Source of the DNA: Carpediemonas membranifera BICM
Lineage: Eukaryota; Protista; Fornicata
Length of the DNA stretch: 64,000 nt
Assembly: GCA_019828565.1 (NCBI GenBank)
Contig: JAHDYR010000001.1
Span: forward strand, 186,001-250,000
Direction: 5' to 3'
Position 1 is the stretch's first letter; the number at the start of each line of letters is the position of its first letter. A program made the position numbers and the translations under genes. Under the pieces are notes generated by a model. The model ran no database searches. It saw only the letters and a list, made by a program, of their open reading frames with translations, and was not told the DNA's origin. Below, one piece after another: positions 1 through 11,172 of this stretch.

Positions 1-381
1 TCATTGCCGCCGAAGTCAGCGTGTCGGGAAGAGGGCCCAGTCGGAGCCAGGAAATGGCGTGCTGGACACTGAAAAGGATCGGCCACTTGTACACGGACTC
101 GTCTAGGCAGAAGACGAGCATGTGCCCGACCATGGCGAGGAGAGTAAGACCGCTTTGAAGGGTTCGCGCCGTCGTCGAGATCGGAGCAGCTAGGTATGCG
201 AGCTCAAATACTGTGTTATTGGCTGAAAGTGAAACAAACATGCAGCTCTCATGCCGCCTGCAGCTCCGGAGCTCGATGTCGAGCTCGATGAGCTTGTGCC
301 AGATACTTCGGAATTCGGCGCGTGGTGAATACCATCGGGAAACGATTCATATACCGAGTCATCCGTCTTGTCAATCAGCAT
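1..381 (-). CDS. 5' part of a hypothetical (probably membrane) protein running off the window; intron 211-239
   Basis: ATG at 381. Removing a 29-nt GTTTGT...ATAACACAG intron (211-239) gives an open frame to position 1 with a hydrophobic stretch (GLTLLAMVGHMLVFCL). Confidence 0.45.
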
Positions 382-1065
382 AGCTTGCACGTGTAGCGGT
401 GCGGTCGTTTTGCTGCTCGGGAATCCTTCAGCTTTTTTTTCACGCAAATCTTTCGGAAGATGGTCGGCCCATATCAGGCCTAATTTAGGTGAGATTATGT
501 CGACCACAAAACGGAAAGGACAGCACTTCAGACGGTTCTTTCGGTCAAGACGCATTGCGCAGATTGGATCGTAAAGTGATGATGGAAGTCGACATCAATT
601 CTGCTGAAGACGGTTGAGGACTGCGCAGATTGAACAGAAAATAAGAACTGCCAGCGATGCCATGTACAGAGCCAAAAGGAGCAATGTTTGCACCCAATCC
701 AGACGATCTTGACTGAATCTAAACAAATTCGAAACTAAAGTTTGGTACACTCGAATTGTTTTCACTTTACTTTCATGGTGCTTCAACTCGCAGCAACCCC
801 AAACGAGGCCAGGGTTCGCATCAGTTGCTGAGGGCAGCTGGGATTCACCCTATTCTGCACTACACTTTTACCCCCAGTTTTCACTGTTTTCGCCAAACTC
901 ATTCGAGATCCGACTTCGCACGAGGTGGCACATCGCTATTTGTCGATTTTACCCGGTGTTACCCACAATTCTGAGATTGAACGACCTCTCCATGACTTGA
1001 AACTTCACAGCTGACTCGCGCGAGACGGGCTTGTGGGGACGATATGGTGCGCAGTCGGCCACCGC

Positions 1066-2193
1066 TCAGATGCAGTACTGCTTGATGGCCTCGAAGCCGT
1101 TGAAGTTGACGCTCGAGACGCTGGCGGCGTAGGCGCCGCAGGAGTTGAAGTACACCAGGTCGCCTGCCCTGAGGCCGACGGGCATGCGGTACTCCTTCTT
1201 CTCGTAGATCACGTCGACGCTGTCGCACGTCGGGCCCGCGAGGATGACGGGCTCGGTCTCCTCGCCGTCGCGCGAGGTCGTGATGTTGTACGCGATGGCC
1301 TCGCCGAGCGTCTCGCTCAGGCCGTTGAACCTGCCGGCGTCGAGGTACACCCAGCGCTTGCAGTCGTCGTTGGACTTGCGCGAGACGAGGACGACCTCGG
1401 CCTGGAGGACGCCCGAGTCGCCGACCATGGAGCGGCCGGGCTCGATCATGAGGCGCGGGTGGCGCATGCCGAAGTGGCCGATGACGGACCGCATCACCGC
1501 CTCGGCGTAGGCCGGGAGCTCCTCGATCTGCTCCTGGTAGTGCGCGGGGAGACCGCCGCCGAGGTCGATCGCCTGGAGCTCGACGCCGCGCTCCTGGAGC
1601 GTCTCGAAGAGCGAGGCGACGCGGGTCATGGCGACGTCCCACTGGCTGAGGTCGAGCTGCTGGGAGCCGACGTGGAAGGAGACGCCGTGGGGCACGAGGC
1701 CGACCTCGCGGGCCTGGCAGAGGAGGTCGGCGGCCATCTCGGGCTCGCAACCGAACTTGCGGGACAGCGGCCACTGGGCGCCCTCGTTCTCGACGAGGAT
1801 GCGGCAGTAGACCATGGAGCCGGGGGCCGCGCTGGAGATCTTGAGTTCCTCCTCGGAGTCGAACGCGAAGAGCCTGATGCCGCGGGAGTATGCGTAGGCG
1901 ATGTCGCGCTCCTTCTTGATCGTGTTGCCGAACGACATGCGCTCGGGGGCCGCGCCGAGGTCGAGGCAGAGCTGGATCTCGGGCAGCGACGCGACGTCGA
2001 AGCCTGAGCCCTCCTCGACAAGCACGCGGACGACCTCTGGCGCGGGGTTCGCCTTGACAGCGTAGAAAACCTCAGTCTTCGGGAGATACCGGCGCATGGC
2101 ACGGTAGTTCTGGCGCACGACGTCGAGATCGATCACCAGGCAGGGCGTGGCGGGCTTGTTGTCCACCAGGAACTTCTGGATGCGCTTGTTCAT
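1066..2193 (-). CDS. odc: Ornithine/lysine decarboxylase (PLP-dependent, fold type III), bacterial (alphaproteobacterial-like) type
   Basis: Motifs FYAVKAN (PLP lysine), GFDVASL, SFHVGSQ, DLGGGL, IEPGR and GPTCDS. N-terminus RIQKFL...PCLVIDLDVV resembles alphaproteobacterial ODCs. Intronless, with near-exclusive G/C third positions. Confidence 0.95.
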   Translation of the reverse strand: MNKRIQKFLVDNKPATPCLVIDLDVVRQNYRAMRRYLPKTEVFYAVKANPAPEVVRVLVEEGSGFDVASLPEIQLCLDLGAAPERMSFGNTIKKERDIAYAYSRGIRLFAFDSEEELKISSAAPGSMVYCRILVENEGAQWPLSRKFGCEPEMAADLLCQAREVGLVPHGVSFHVGSQQLDLSQWDVAMTRVASLFETLQERGVELQAIDLGGGLPAHYQEQIEELPAYAEAVMRSVIGHFGMRHPRLMIEPGRSMVGDSGVLQAEVVLVSRKSNDDCKRWVYLDAGRFNGLSETLGEAIAYNITTSRDGEETEPVILAGPTCDSVDVIYEKKEYRMPVGLRAGDLVYFNSCGAYAASVSSVNFNGFEAIKQYCI

Positions 2194-2202
2194 TGCTATT
2201 CA

Positions 2203-2207
2203 CTCCT
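2203..2207 (-). promoter_or_regulatory. Shine-Dalgarno-like AGGAG 9 nt upstream of the ODC start codon (bacterial relic)
   Basis: Minus strand reads cacAGGAGtgaatagcaATG. Confidence 0.5.
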
Positions 2208-2510
2208 GTGCTGTTAGTGGCGGTGCAGGGGACTCATTCTGAGATGGTTCATTTTGATCTGCGCAAATCCGGCAATTCGCTGAGGGCGCCGCGGCCGCTC
2301 CTGACGCCGCTGGGGCGTGTATGTGCGCCAAGTCGCCGGGATGATTATTTCCGGCGCGGCTATATTTGGGCTGGCGTCGGGGAGTGGTTCGGATCGAGGT
2401 CTGGAAACGGGACTGTTGCGAAACTGTGCAACTGGTACAAACGAGCCGTTGGGTCGACGAGACAAAGAGAGCAAGGGCTCATTTATCCTTAAACTGTACA
2501 GACCAGCGCC

Positions 2511-4041
2511 TCAACCCTCTGCGGCTAGGAGGGTTTGGAGTCCATTAACCCACTTGTCCAGCACAGCCCTGTCTGGGGCCAGCAGCGTCACCACCCCCTC
2601 CCGCTCCTTCGATCCTTTCCTCTCCTTGTCCAGCATGACCACGCGCCCGGTAATATTGAAAGCGAGTGCGGTTGTTGCCTTGTTCTTGGTCACTGTCCGT
2701 GCTTCGGAGCTTGAGTAGGGCCCTGCTTCGACTGCGGTGACCTTCAGCTGCTTCCAGTTTCTGTCGTTCTTGCTCTGGCCCCACTGCATGATCAGCTGAC
2801 CTTGGCCTTGTCCTCCAGGTCTCAAGCGGAAGAACCGGTTGTGTAGCTTTCCCTCGCGCCTCGAGACACATTTCCTCATAAAATCTCCAGCCTCCAACCT
2901 GCTTCTAATGTCCCTTGCGAGCAAAAGAGTGGCCCCGTTCACTTCCCCTCTTGTCTTATCCTGCACCGGCCGACGGGGTGGGTAGTCGGGTGGACTATCG
3001 CTCGCATCAGACATGGATCTGATCACTCTCGCCACAGTCTCCACGATGGGGTCCCTCTCTGGGAGGAGGGAAGGGGATCTGCTTTGGGGGGTCGGTTCGC
3101 CCCGTTCAACAGTGAGGGCACCCTGGCCTGCAGCCGCTGTTGAGGCTGAGGAGTGTGAGGCGGGGCCCTGCCGCTCTGCTGAGGGCCGTGTGGCTGTCGT
3201 CTTTGCTCCACTGTCATCGTGAAGAGAGTTCGTTCGCCAAGACATGAGTGAGGTCGGCGGACCGAGCTGACCCTGCATCATTAGAAAATTCGATGGTCCA
3301 AGCCGCACCTCGTGGTCACCAAGTGGGAAGTCGACTGCAAGGATACGATTCATGAGATATCTATGCAATTTGACTCGACCAACAAGTGTCGTATGGAGCA
3401 AATCCCTGACCGCCTGGGAGATCCGACAAACGTATGCCTCGCCGGACTGGTAGATAATCTTGGTCGAGTTGTCAGCGGGGTTGTAAGTAACGTCATCCAC
3501 GATGGAGAATTGACGGGTAGCGGGCCCGGCAGCGTGGTAACTTGAGGTTATAATTGTCTGAGACTTGAACGTAATCTTTTGTGGGATGTAAGACTCGCCA
3601 GCAACCTCCTCAATGTCGAAAGTTATAGTGTCGTCCGGCAAATTCTCGTCACGCCAGGTCGACATTTCTCGGTGGCTATCAGATGTCCTGGAAGTCTTCT
3701 CATAGAGACGCATCTGTCGTATGAAGGCGAGATGGACCATGAAAGTGTCCAGGATGTTGGTTCTCTCGTAAGCAGCGAAGAAAAGCTTTGGAGGGAGATT
3801 ATCATGCAGTAGGATTCGGAAAAGGAACTTGTTATTGGTATCAATGGACACTGAGCGCACTGTTTCCATGCGGTACAGCATGGTAAGTTCTCCGCTGATG
3901 GGGTCCAGCGTGCAGAAGGCGCGTGGCGTGATTATGAGGAGGCGTTGGACCAAAACAGCTTGTGTGAGATATGATAAGACAGGAAAACTCCTGACAAGAC
4001 TGTGTTAGCTCATGGAGCAAGACTTACTGTCGTTCGCTCAT
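2511..4041 (-). CDS. PH-domain-containing protein (C-terminal PH fold); intron 4000-4027
   Basis: ATG at 4041. A 28-nt GTAAGT...GCTAACACAG intron joins MSERH in frame to the 480-aa ORF. C-terminal GDFMRK...RFFRL...MQWG...LDKWVNGLQTLL is a PH signature. Confidence 0.7.
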
Positions 4042-4188
4042 CGCATCCGATTTTTGGGCAAAAATGCGCGGCTGCTATATGTAGCATGAGGTGTGTTTCG
4101 CACTCTAGCTACGTATGGCCCGACTTGTTTGCCTTTAATTGGGTCTGATCTCGCTGTGCAAGAAAAAAAGTTGCACAGCAAGCTGACG

Positions 4189-7100
4189 ATGGAGAAGTCC
4201 CTCAAAAAGACGAAACTCGTTAATCTCGAGGATGACATCCGCAAGATGTGGAGTGAGACCCGCATTTGGGAATCCGATGCCCGGGACGAGAAGGGAGAGA
4301 AGTGGTTCGTCACCTTCCCCTTCCCCTACATGAACGGGAAGCTGCACCTTGGCCATCTGTTCTCTTTCACGAAGGCTGATTACATTATCGGCTACAAGAA
4401 GCTCAAGGGTGTCCACACCCTCTTCCCCTTTGGATTCCACGCCACCGGGATGCCCATCAAGGCCTGCGCTGATCGCCTCACCGCCGAATTCAACGCCCCC
4501 GCCGACGAGGAGCAGATTGAGGAAGCTGTCCAGGCCACCGAGGTAACCAACGAGCCCAAGACCACCTTCAAGGGCGCCAAGACGAAGCTTAAGTCCAAAA
4601 CTGGCAATGGCACACAGTACGAGATCATGCAAGCCATGGGCATCCCCGAGGACGAGATCCACAAGTTCCAGGACGCCCACTACTGGGTCAAGTACTTCCC
4701 CCCTCTCGCCAAGGAGGACCTCATCCAGTTTGGCGGCAAGATTGACTGGCGCCGCTCCTTTGTGACTACCGACCTCAACCCTTACTACGATTCCTTCATC
4801 CGCTGGCAGTTCATCCGCCTCAAGGAGAGCGGCTACGTCAAGTTCGGCACTAGGGCGACGGTATACTCACCCAAGGATGGCCAGGCATGCGCTGACCACG
4901 ATAGATCCACGGGTGAGGGCCTCGGCCCCCAGGAGTACGTTGTTATCAAGATGCGGGTCAAGGACACCTCTGCCCTGCCCGACCGTGTGGCCTCTGCCCT
5001 CGAGGAGCACAAGGACCGCGTCTATCTTGGCGCCGCCACCCTTCGCGCTGAGACAATGTACGGGCAGACCAACTGCTGGGCACTGCCCACAGGCGAGTAC
5101 GGTGCCTACCTCATGAAGAACGGAGACGTCCTCGTGTCTGGTGCCCGGGCCATCAGGAACATGTTCTTCCAGGGCCTCGTGGCAGAGAAGGACGGCGAAC
5201 CCCACTGCCTCGTCGACGGAATCCTCGGCAAGGAGCTCTTTGGCGTCGAGCTTGCTGCCCCGCTGACACCCTACACCTCTGTCTTCGTCCTCCCTCTCCT
5301 CACTATCAAGCTCGACAAGGGCACTGGTATCGTCACCTCTGTCCCCAGCGACGCCCCCGACGACTGGGCAGCATACCGCGACATGCAGGAGAACCGCAAC
5401 GGCATCGCTGAGAAGCACGGCGTCAAGTCCGAGTGGTGCGCCAACCCAACCCTTCCCGTCATCAAAATCCCTCAAATGATTGAGAAGGATGGCGAGCTCC
5501 ACGACACTATTGCCTGTGCCATCGACCTCTGCGAGCAGATGGGCATCAAGTCCCAGCTGGACAAGGCGAAGCTCGCCCAGGCCAAGCAGAAGGCTTACCT
5601 CGACGGGTTCTACAAGGGAACCATGTACCTCGAGGAAGTCCGCAAGCTCGGCGCGACCACCCTTATCACCCTCGCCGGCGAGTCCATCGAGCTCGAAGGC
5701 ATGCCTGTCGCCAAGGCCAAGGAGGTCATGCGCGACGCCCTGTGCGAGTCAGGCGACGCCTTCGTCTACTCCGAACCCGAGGGCACAGTCATCTCACGCT
5801 CTGGCGACGAGTGCGTCGTCACCTTGATGGACCAGTGGTACCTCGACTACGGCGCCGAAGAGTGGAAGGCCGCCATCAAACGGTGCCTAGTCGCTATGGA
5901 CCTCTATAGCGATGAAATCCGCGCCCAGTTCGACAAGGCGGCGGACTGGCTCTCGCAGTGGGCCTGCTCTCGTTCTTTCGGCCTCGGCACCCGTATCCCA
6001 TGGGATGAGAAGTTCCTCATCGAGTCGCTCTCCGACTCCACCATTTACATGGCGTACTACACCGTTGCCCACTTCCTCCACGAAGGCTCTCTCGACGGGT
6101 CGACCCGCGGCTCTGCTATGGTTGAGCCTGAAGCCATGACTCCAGAGATCTGGTCGGCTATCCTGCTCGGCGACTTCAGCGGAGTTACTGACGCCTGCCC
6201 CATCCCCCGCGAGACCATTGAGGCCATGCGGAAGGAGTTCGAGTACTGGTATCCAGTCGATCTCCGCGTATCTGGTAAGGATCTGATCCAAAACCACCTC
6301 ACCATGTTCCTCTATAACCACACCGCCATCTGGCCAGACAAGATCCTTGACAACGTCCGCGGCCAAGAGGGCTGGGCGGAGTCCAAGTGGCCCAAGGGCG
6401 TTCGTACCAACGGTCACATCCAGATCGACAATCAAAAGATGTCTAAGTCTACCGGGAACTTCCTCACTGGCACTGAGGCCATGGACACGTACGGTGTGGA
6501 CGCCCTCCGCTTTGCTCTTGGCGAGGCTGGTGACGGCATGGAGGACGCTAACTTTGTACGCGACGCCGCTGAGCAGGCCGTTCTCAAGCTCGGCAACCAG
6601 CTCGAATGGATCGAGACCATGGTATCCAACGCCTCCAACCTCCGTCACGGCGACCTGACCCTCTTTGACCGGGTGTTCCTCGGTCAGATGCACTTTACCC
6701 TTGGTGAGGTCGACCGTGCTTACGAACGGATGCTCTTCCGTGGCGCTATCAAGGTCGGCTTCCACGATCTCCAGTCTGTCCGGGACAAGTACCGCACGGC
6801 CGTCGGCGGTGATGAGCACATGCACGTCGAGTGCGTCAAGACTTTCGCACGGGTCCAGGCCACGTGCCTCGCCCCCATTTGCTCCTTCTGGGCCGAGCAC
6901 GTCCACAGCGCCGTCCTCGGCGGCGAGGGGTCCATCTTTGCCGCTGGCTGGCCCGTTGTGCCTGGAACTGTAGAGCAACACGAGCTCGCTATCGTCCAGT
7001 CGGCTTACCTCGACAACCTCATCACGGTCACCAAGCGTAAGAACAAGGGCAAGAAGAAGGTCGCCCCGACTAGCTTCACCATCGTCGTCGCCAAGGCGTG

Positions 7101-7488
7101 GCATGAATGGCAGAAGGTCGCCCTCGCAACCCTGCGCCAGTGTTTTGATGCCGACACCAAGACGTTTACCGAAGACCCCAAGGCTCTCGTCCGGGCAATT
7201 GCGCAGGATGACGAGGCGACGAAGGCCGCCCTGAAGGTTAAGATGTTCCTTCCGTTCATGGCCATGAAGCAACGCCAGGCTACCACCCAGGGCGTCTACG
7301 CCATCGCGGAGAACCAGCCGTTCGACGAAATGGAGACTCTCAAGATTAACGCTGAATTCCTTGCCGCGCAGTTTAGCGTTGAGAACGTAGAGACTGTGTA
7401 TTCGGACGATGTGGCTGACGAGAAGCTCAAGACTGTGCTCAAGAAACAGACGCCTTCCCCTGGTGAGCCTGTCGCGGTCCCCAACTGA
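4189..7488 (+). CDS. LARS1: Cytosolic (eukaryal/archaeal-type) leucyl-tRNA synthetase
   Basis: FPFPYMNGKLHLGH (HIGH motif), KMSKSTGNF, CP1 editing motifs ATLRAETMYGQTN and GTGIVTSVPSDAPDD. First ATG at 4189. Confidence 0.97.
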   Translation: MEKSLKKTKLVNLEDDIRKMWSETRIWESDARDEKGEKWFVTFPFPYMNGKLHLGHLFSFTKADYIIGYKKLKGVHTLFPFGFHATGMPIKACADRLTAEFNAPADEEQIEEAVQATEVTNEPKTTFKGAKTKLKSKTGNGTQYEIMQAMGIPEDEIHKFQDAHYWVKYFPPLAKEDLIQFGGKIDWRRSFVTTDLNPYYDSFIRWQFIRLKESGYVKFGTRATVYSPKDGQACADHDRSTGEGLGPQEYVVIKMRVKDTSALPDRVASALEEHKDRVYLGAATLRAETMYGQTNCWALPTGEYGAYLMKNGDVLVSGARAIRNMFFQGLVAEKDGEPHCLVDGILGKELFGVELAAPLTPYTSVFVLPLLTIKLDKGTGIVTSVPSDAPDDWAAYRDMQENRNGIAEKHGVKSEWCANPTLPVIKIPQMIEKDGELHDTIACAIDLCEQMGIKSQLDKAKLAQAKQKAYLDGFYKGTMYLEEVRKLGATTLITLAGESIELEGMPVAKAKEVMRDALCESGDAFVYSEPEGTVISRSGDECVVTLMDQWYLDYGAEEWKAAIKRCLVAMDLYSDEIRAQFDKAADWLSQWACSRSFGLGTRIPWDEKFLIESLSDSTIYMAYYTVAHFLHEGSLDGSTRGSAMVEPEAMTPEIWSAILLGDFSGVTDACPIPRETIEAMRKEFEYWYPVDLRVSGKDLIQNHLTMFLYNHTAIWPDKILDNVRGQEGWAESKWPKGVRTNGHIQIDNQKMSKSTGNFLTGTEAMDTYGVDALRFALGEAGDGMEDANFVRDAAEQAVLKLGNQLEWIETMVSNASNLRHGDLTLFDRVFLGQMHFTLGEVDRAYERMLFRGAIKVGFHDLQSVRDKYRTAVGGDEHMHVECVKTFARVQATCLAPICSFWAEHVHSAVLGGEGSIFAAGWPVVPGTVEQHELAIVQSAYLDNLITVTKRKNKGKKKVAPTSFTIVVAKAWHEWQKVALATLRQCFDADTKTFTEDPKALVRAIAQDDEATKAALKVKMFLPFMAMKQRQATTQGVYAIAENQPFDEMETLKINAEFLAAQFSVENVETVYSDDVADEKLKTVLKKQTPSPGEPVAVPN

Positions 7489-8128
7489 GATAAATGATCA
7501 AACTTGTTGACATGGGTGTCATCGTCAGCCATTCATCAATGGTTGTTTGGCTATTCTTGCAGACGTTTATGACGTTTATGATTGACCAATCTTGACCAGG
7601 CGAGTTCGGCACGACTGCTCCGTGCATTCTGCTACATTGTGGGCTGTGGCTGTTTGCAGGAAGGCCGTCTTTGAGGGTCCCCGCTTCATCGTTTGTACAT
7701 TGCCAGAGCCACGAGGAAGAGGGCCCTGGGGCCGAGTCGGATGAGGGCAAGATTGAGGAGAGCTGAGAGCCTTGGATCAACTTGTGTAAACATATCACGC
7801 TGAGAATTCGTGAGTTGGGAGTCATCGGCCGGTGCCCCGTGCAGTGAGACGGCCATAGCGTATTGAGCCCTGGTGTACTGCTGAAGGCGGAGAGTGGGTT
7901 GATCGTATTCATGTGGCAATCGCCGAGCTCAAGCTGCATGGTTGTCTCAGTGGCCTTGCCCCAGACGAATTCTACGCGAAGGAATTGCCGTCTGGAAGTC
8001 CATTGGCATGCTGGACTCCTGGACAAGAACCGGACGCCGAGGTCGAGACTGGTTACATCTACAGAGTCACGTCGTCCCGAGATGCTCGTTTAATACCGTC
8101 GCCACCTCTGTGTCGAAGTTGGGACAAC

Positions 8129-9332
8129 AAGTTGCCGCGCTGGCTCTGCACAGTGACGCTTTACATACATATACAGTAGCATGCAACTAAACAGCCTCAG
8201 CGCTCGCCTTTCTCGACGACCTTCGTTGTCCCGTCCATGTAGTAGATCTCCACCTGCCCGCTCAGAAGGTGCTTCTCGATCTGCCCCGTCTTGAACCGGT
8301 AGACCTCCACGCCGTCGGGCAGCGTGGTCATGAGGGTGTGGACGTCGGCGTAGAGGTAGACCTGCATGCCGTCCGGGAACGACTTCTTGAGGTCACCGTT
8401 GTAGAACTGCACAATCTCGGTCCCGTCGGGCATTACCGTCTTCTGCGTCCCGTTGACGAACTTCACGGTCTGCACGCCGCTCTCATACCGCGTGCCAACA
8501 CGCTTGTTGGCCTCCTTCACCGCGACGGGCTCGCCGCTGCACATCTCCTCGAGCTCGGCTTGCACCGAGTCGATGAGCTCGCTCGGCGTGGCGAAGGGAA
8601 GGCCGAGATCGGGTACGCCCCTCGCTGCGGGTGCTGGGCGTCCTGTGTCCGGCCTGTACGCGGGCTCGGCCAAGGCTGCGCGAGTCTCCCGGGTCCGCTC
8701 TTCAATGGCCGCCTGGTTGCGCGCGAACTCGGTCTTGCGGGCTTCTAGCGTGCGTCTGGCCTCTGTCAGCGACCGCGCGAAACGCTCCGTCGTGATGGTG
8801 CCCGAGGCGACCTTGTTCTTGAGCTGCGTCTGGGCCAGCGAGATATGCGATTCCAGCGTGCGGAGATGCTCGGTCGCGTGGGCAATCTGGTCGCGGAGGT
8901 CCGTTTCGTCACGCATGAGCGAGTCGCGGCTCCTGTTGCGGTTCCCGCGGCGCTGCTTCTGGAGGATCTTCATCCGCTCCTCGTGCTCGAAAATAAGCGC
9001 ACGCTCGCGCTCTTGGTACTTCTCGCTCTCCTTCATCACTGCTGGCTCCTCTGCTGGCCGGGAAACCGCCACAGGCTTGGATGCCGCTTCCACCATCGAT
9101 GCGGCGACCTCTTGCTGCACAGACTTCTCCAAAATAGCAAAGTCTTCTAAGTCCGCGCGGTCTTTCTCGCTAAGCCATGCGAATGCCGCCATTCGCTCGA
9201 AAAGACGCTTGATGGTGACTTTGCGTATTTCGCATAGCGACGACAGCTTGTCAGCGAGTGCCCATCCGCTTGGCTGGGCCACAAATCACTCACATTGCCT
9301 CCGCGAGGTGACATGGCCGTGTGAGTGCTCTG
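8129..9332. repeat. Copy 1 of a ~1.2-kb direct segmental duplication (partner 18340-19544)
   Basis: Near-identical sequence at offset 10211/10212. Confidence 0.97.
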
Positions 9333-9347
9333 CCCACCTTCACCCAT
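8197..9347 (-). CDS. SAS4: SAS-4/CENPJ/CPAP-family centriole protein (coiled coil + TCP10 C-terminal G-box); intron 9247-9293
   Basis: Repeated PDG/NG beta-hairpins: FVNGTQKTVMPDG...FYNGDLKKSFPDG...TTLPDGVEVYRFKTGQIEKH. A 47-nt GTGAGT...CTGACAAG intron links exon 1 (MGEGG...) in frame. Confidence 0.85.
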
Positions 9348-9505
9348 TGCTCTAACATCATCGTCATCCTCACGTCAATCCGAAGAATCCATCAGCCAAC
9401 AGGGCAAAGGCATGATATCACTGTTTTTAAAGCATAAACCACGTGTTGTCAGTGAGCGATTTTTTGCTGACACAACTTTGTTTTCCAGTCATGGAAATGA
9501 AAGGA

Positions 9506-10885
9506 TCAAACAGTGACGGAGTCCCAGTCGACCATGATGCTCAGCACGCTCCCAGTCACCACGCCATCGCACACGGACCACCCGCCGCACTGCCCCTCGC
9601 GGACGGACACGCCCGTGATCCCGAACAGGTCGCCGTCGGCCTCATAAACACCCTCCTTGGTCCAGGTATAGGACTGGTACGACCCTCTGGGCTCCGTAGG
9701 CCTCAGAGACATGCTCTCCATCGCTCCAGACCCCACAGACGCCCTGTACCAGCTCGACCAGGTGTGCTCGACACGGGCAAACTTCGAGAGATAATCAAAC
9801 TGGGGCCAGAGCTTGACTCTAAACCCATTGACCACAGAGATGGTGACATTAACCTCAGAACCGTTGATAAGCAGCGGCAGATGGCCGACTGCGCGCCGGA
9901 ACAGATTAGATCCCATCGAGGATGTCTCAAGAACAACTGCGGCTTCCGAATTCGACATATGCGGGTACATCTGATCCAATGCCCCGAAGTGATGCATGCT
10001 GATAGGGATGGACTGTGACACCACGCCTTCAATGAACCCTGAGGCGTCGCCCTTGATGTCCATCTGGTGGAAGCCGGCGACCGGAGTAAACGGGACCCGG
10101 GCGTCGAACACGCACATGGAGAGCTTCTCGTCGCCCCCGAACACGTCGAGGTGGTCGAGCATGCAGTCCATCGGCCCTAGTTGGGAGAGGCGCTGCATGG
10201 CGGCCTTCGAGAGCACGGCGCCGCCCCCGCCGAAGGCCATCCATCCGTGTCTGCCCACCGCAATGGTGTTCTCACTGGCACCGCCTATGTACATCGGCTG
10301 GTGAGGGTCCAGATCGGATAATAGATTCATGAGATTGTCAATGAACAAGACACAATCGTCGTCGACCATAACATACCAGTCCGCGTCGGGCTCCCTCTCG
10401 TAAAGGTCAAGAGTCATGAAGTAGAACCGGCGGTGGGGGGAGGGCTCGCCCGACATGGTGACGATGCCGAGCCCGTCGCGTTCCACGAGGGTGCGGAGCT
10501 CGGGTGTGTCTAGATCGGTGTTCATGTACACGGGACCAGGGGATGAGGTGGCCCATGGCTTGGTGAAGTACGGGTAGCGCTTCAGCATCAGTGCTTTGCA
10601 TCCAAGGACGGAGAAGGCAACCTTGGGCGTCGCTGTTTTGTTGTATGCGGGAATTGACGCGTAGGAAACGATATGGGACTGGTACTCAGAGTACGTCATG
10701 CCCCTTGGGAATGTTGGATCGGAGGGTGTGCCGCCCATTTGCTTGAAGACGACAAGTGCTGCAACAGAAAGCAGCACAGCAATCGCTACGGCAAACAGAA
10801 TGTGGAATTTGTACCGTTTGAACACAGAACGAATGCGATATGATGCCAAGAGGGCGTCTGAGAAGGGCTCTGGCCGGCCGCTCAT
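9506..10885 (-). CDS. Fringe-like/GT31 (DUF604-type) beta-1,3-glycosyltransferase, type II membrane protein
   Basis: N-terminal TM helix; DWYVMVDDD (DxD); YIGGASE; MAFGGGGAVLS; GFHQMDIKGDASGF; SMHH. Confidence 0.85.
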   Translation of the reverse strand: MSGRPEPFSDALLASYRIRSVFKRYKFHILFAVAIAVLLSVAALVVFKQMGGTPSDPTFPRGMTYSEYQSHIVSYASIPAYNKTATPKVAFSVLGCKALMLKRYPYFTKPWATSSPGPVYMNTDLDTPELRTLVERDGLGIVTMSGEPSPHRRFYFMTLDLYEREPDADWYVMVDDDCVLFIDNLMNLLSDLDPHQPMYIGGASENTIAVGRHGWMAFGGGGAVLSKAAMQRLSQLGPMDCMLDHLDVFGGDEKLSMCVFDARVPFTPVAGFHQMDIKGDASGFIEGVVSQSIPISMHHFGALDQMYPHMSNSEAAVVLETSSMGSNLFRRAVGHLPLLINGSEVNVTISVVNGFRVKLWPQFDYLSKFARVEHTWSSWYRASVGSGAMESMSLRPTEPRGSYQSYTWTKEGVYEADGDLFGITGVSVREGQCGGWSVCDGVVTGSVLSIMVDWDSVTV

Positions 10886-11172
10886 TTCGCAGGATTGCCA
10901 GCAGCTTCTGCTGGGTCACATCGCTATCATCAGGATCCTCCTGGACCCTGCCGCTCAAAGTGATGAATCCGTTCGGCGAACACACAATTAGGCAAGGTGG
11001 ACTCGTTGTGGCCAGTGGTGGCACTGTCTGACTTCGCTTCGTTGACGACATCATTGGAAGTTTACAAGCCCTCGTCTATCTTGTAGGGCCCATGACCCGC
11101 CCCAACCCCTGGCCTATGTATATATACGATCACTTCACGTAACTTTTTCGTATCACAAAAGGGCGAGGAATA

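Noticed and set aside
959-2007. Long alternative-frame and antisense ORFs over ODC (similarly over LeuRS, SLC35, RPL15, RPA1 and the helicase gene, including the poly-Pro ORF 55226-55867)
   Set aside because: Shadow ORFs caused by high GC3 and codon bias of the real genes; no motifs.
7490-8128. Coding-looking segment between LeuRS and SAS-4 with in-frame TGAs, hinting at TGA recoding
   Set aside because: Conserved genes here end in TGA, TAA and TAG and encode Trp as TGG. No recognisable product, so left unannotated.
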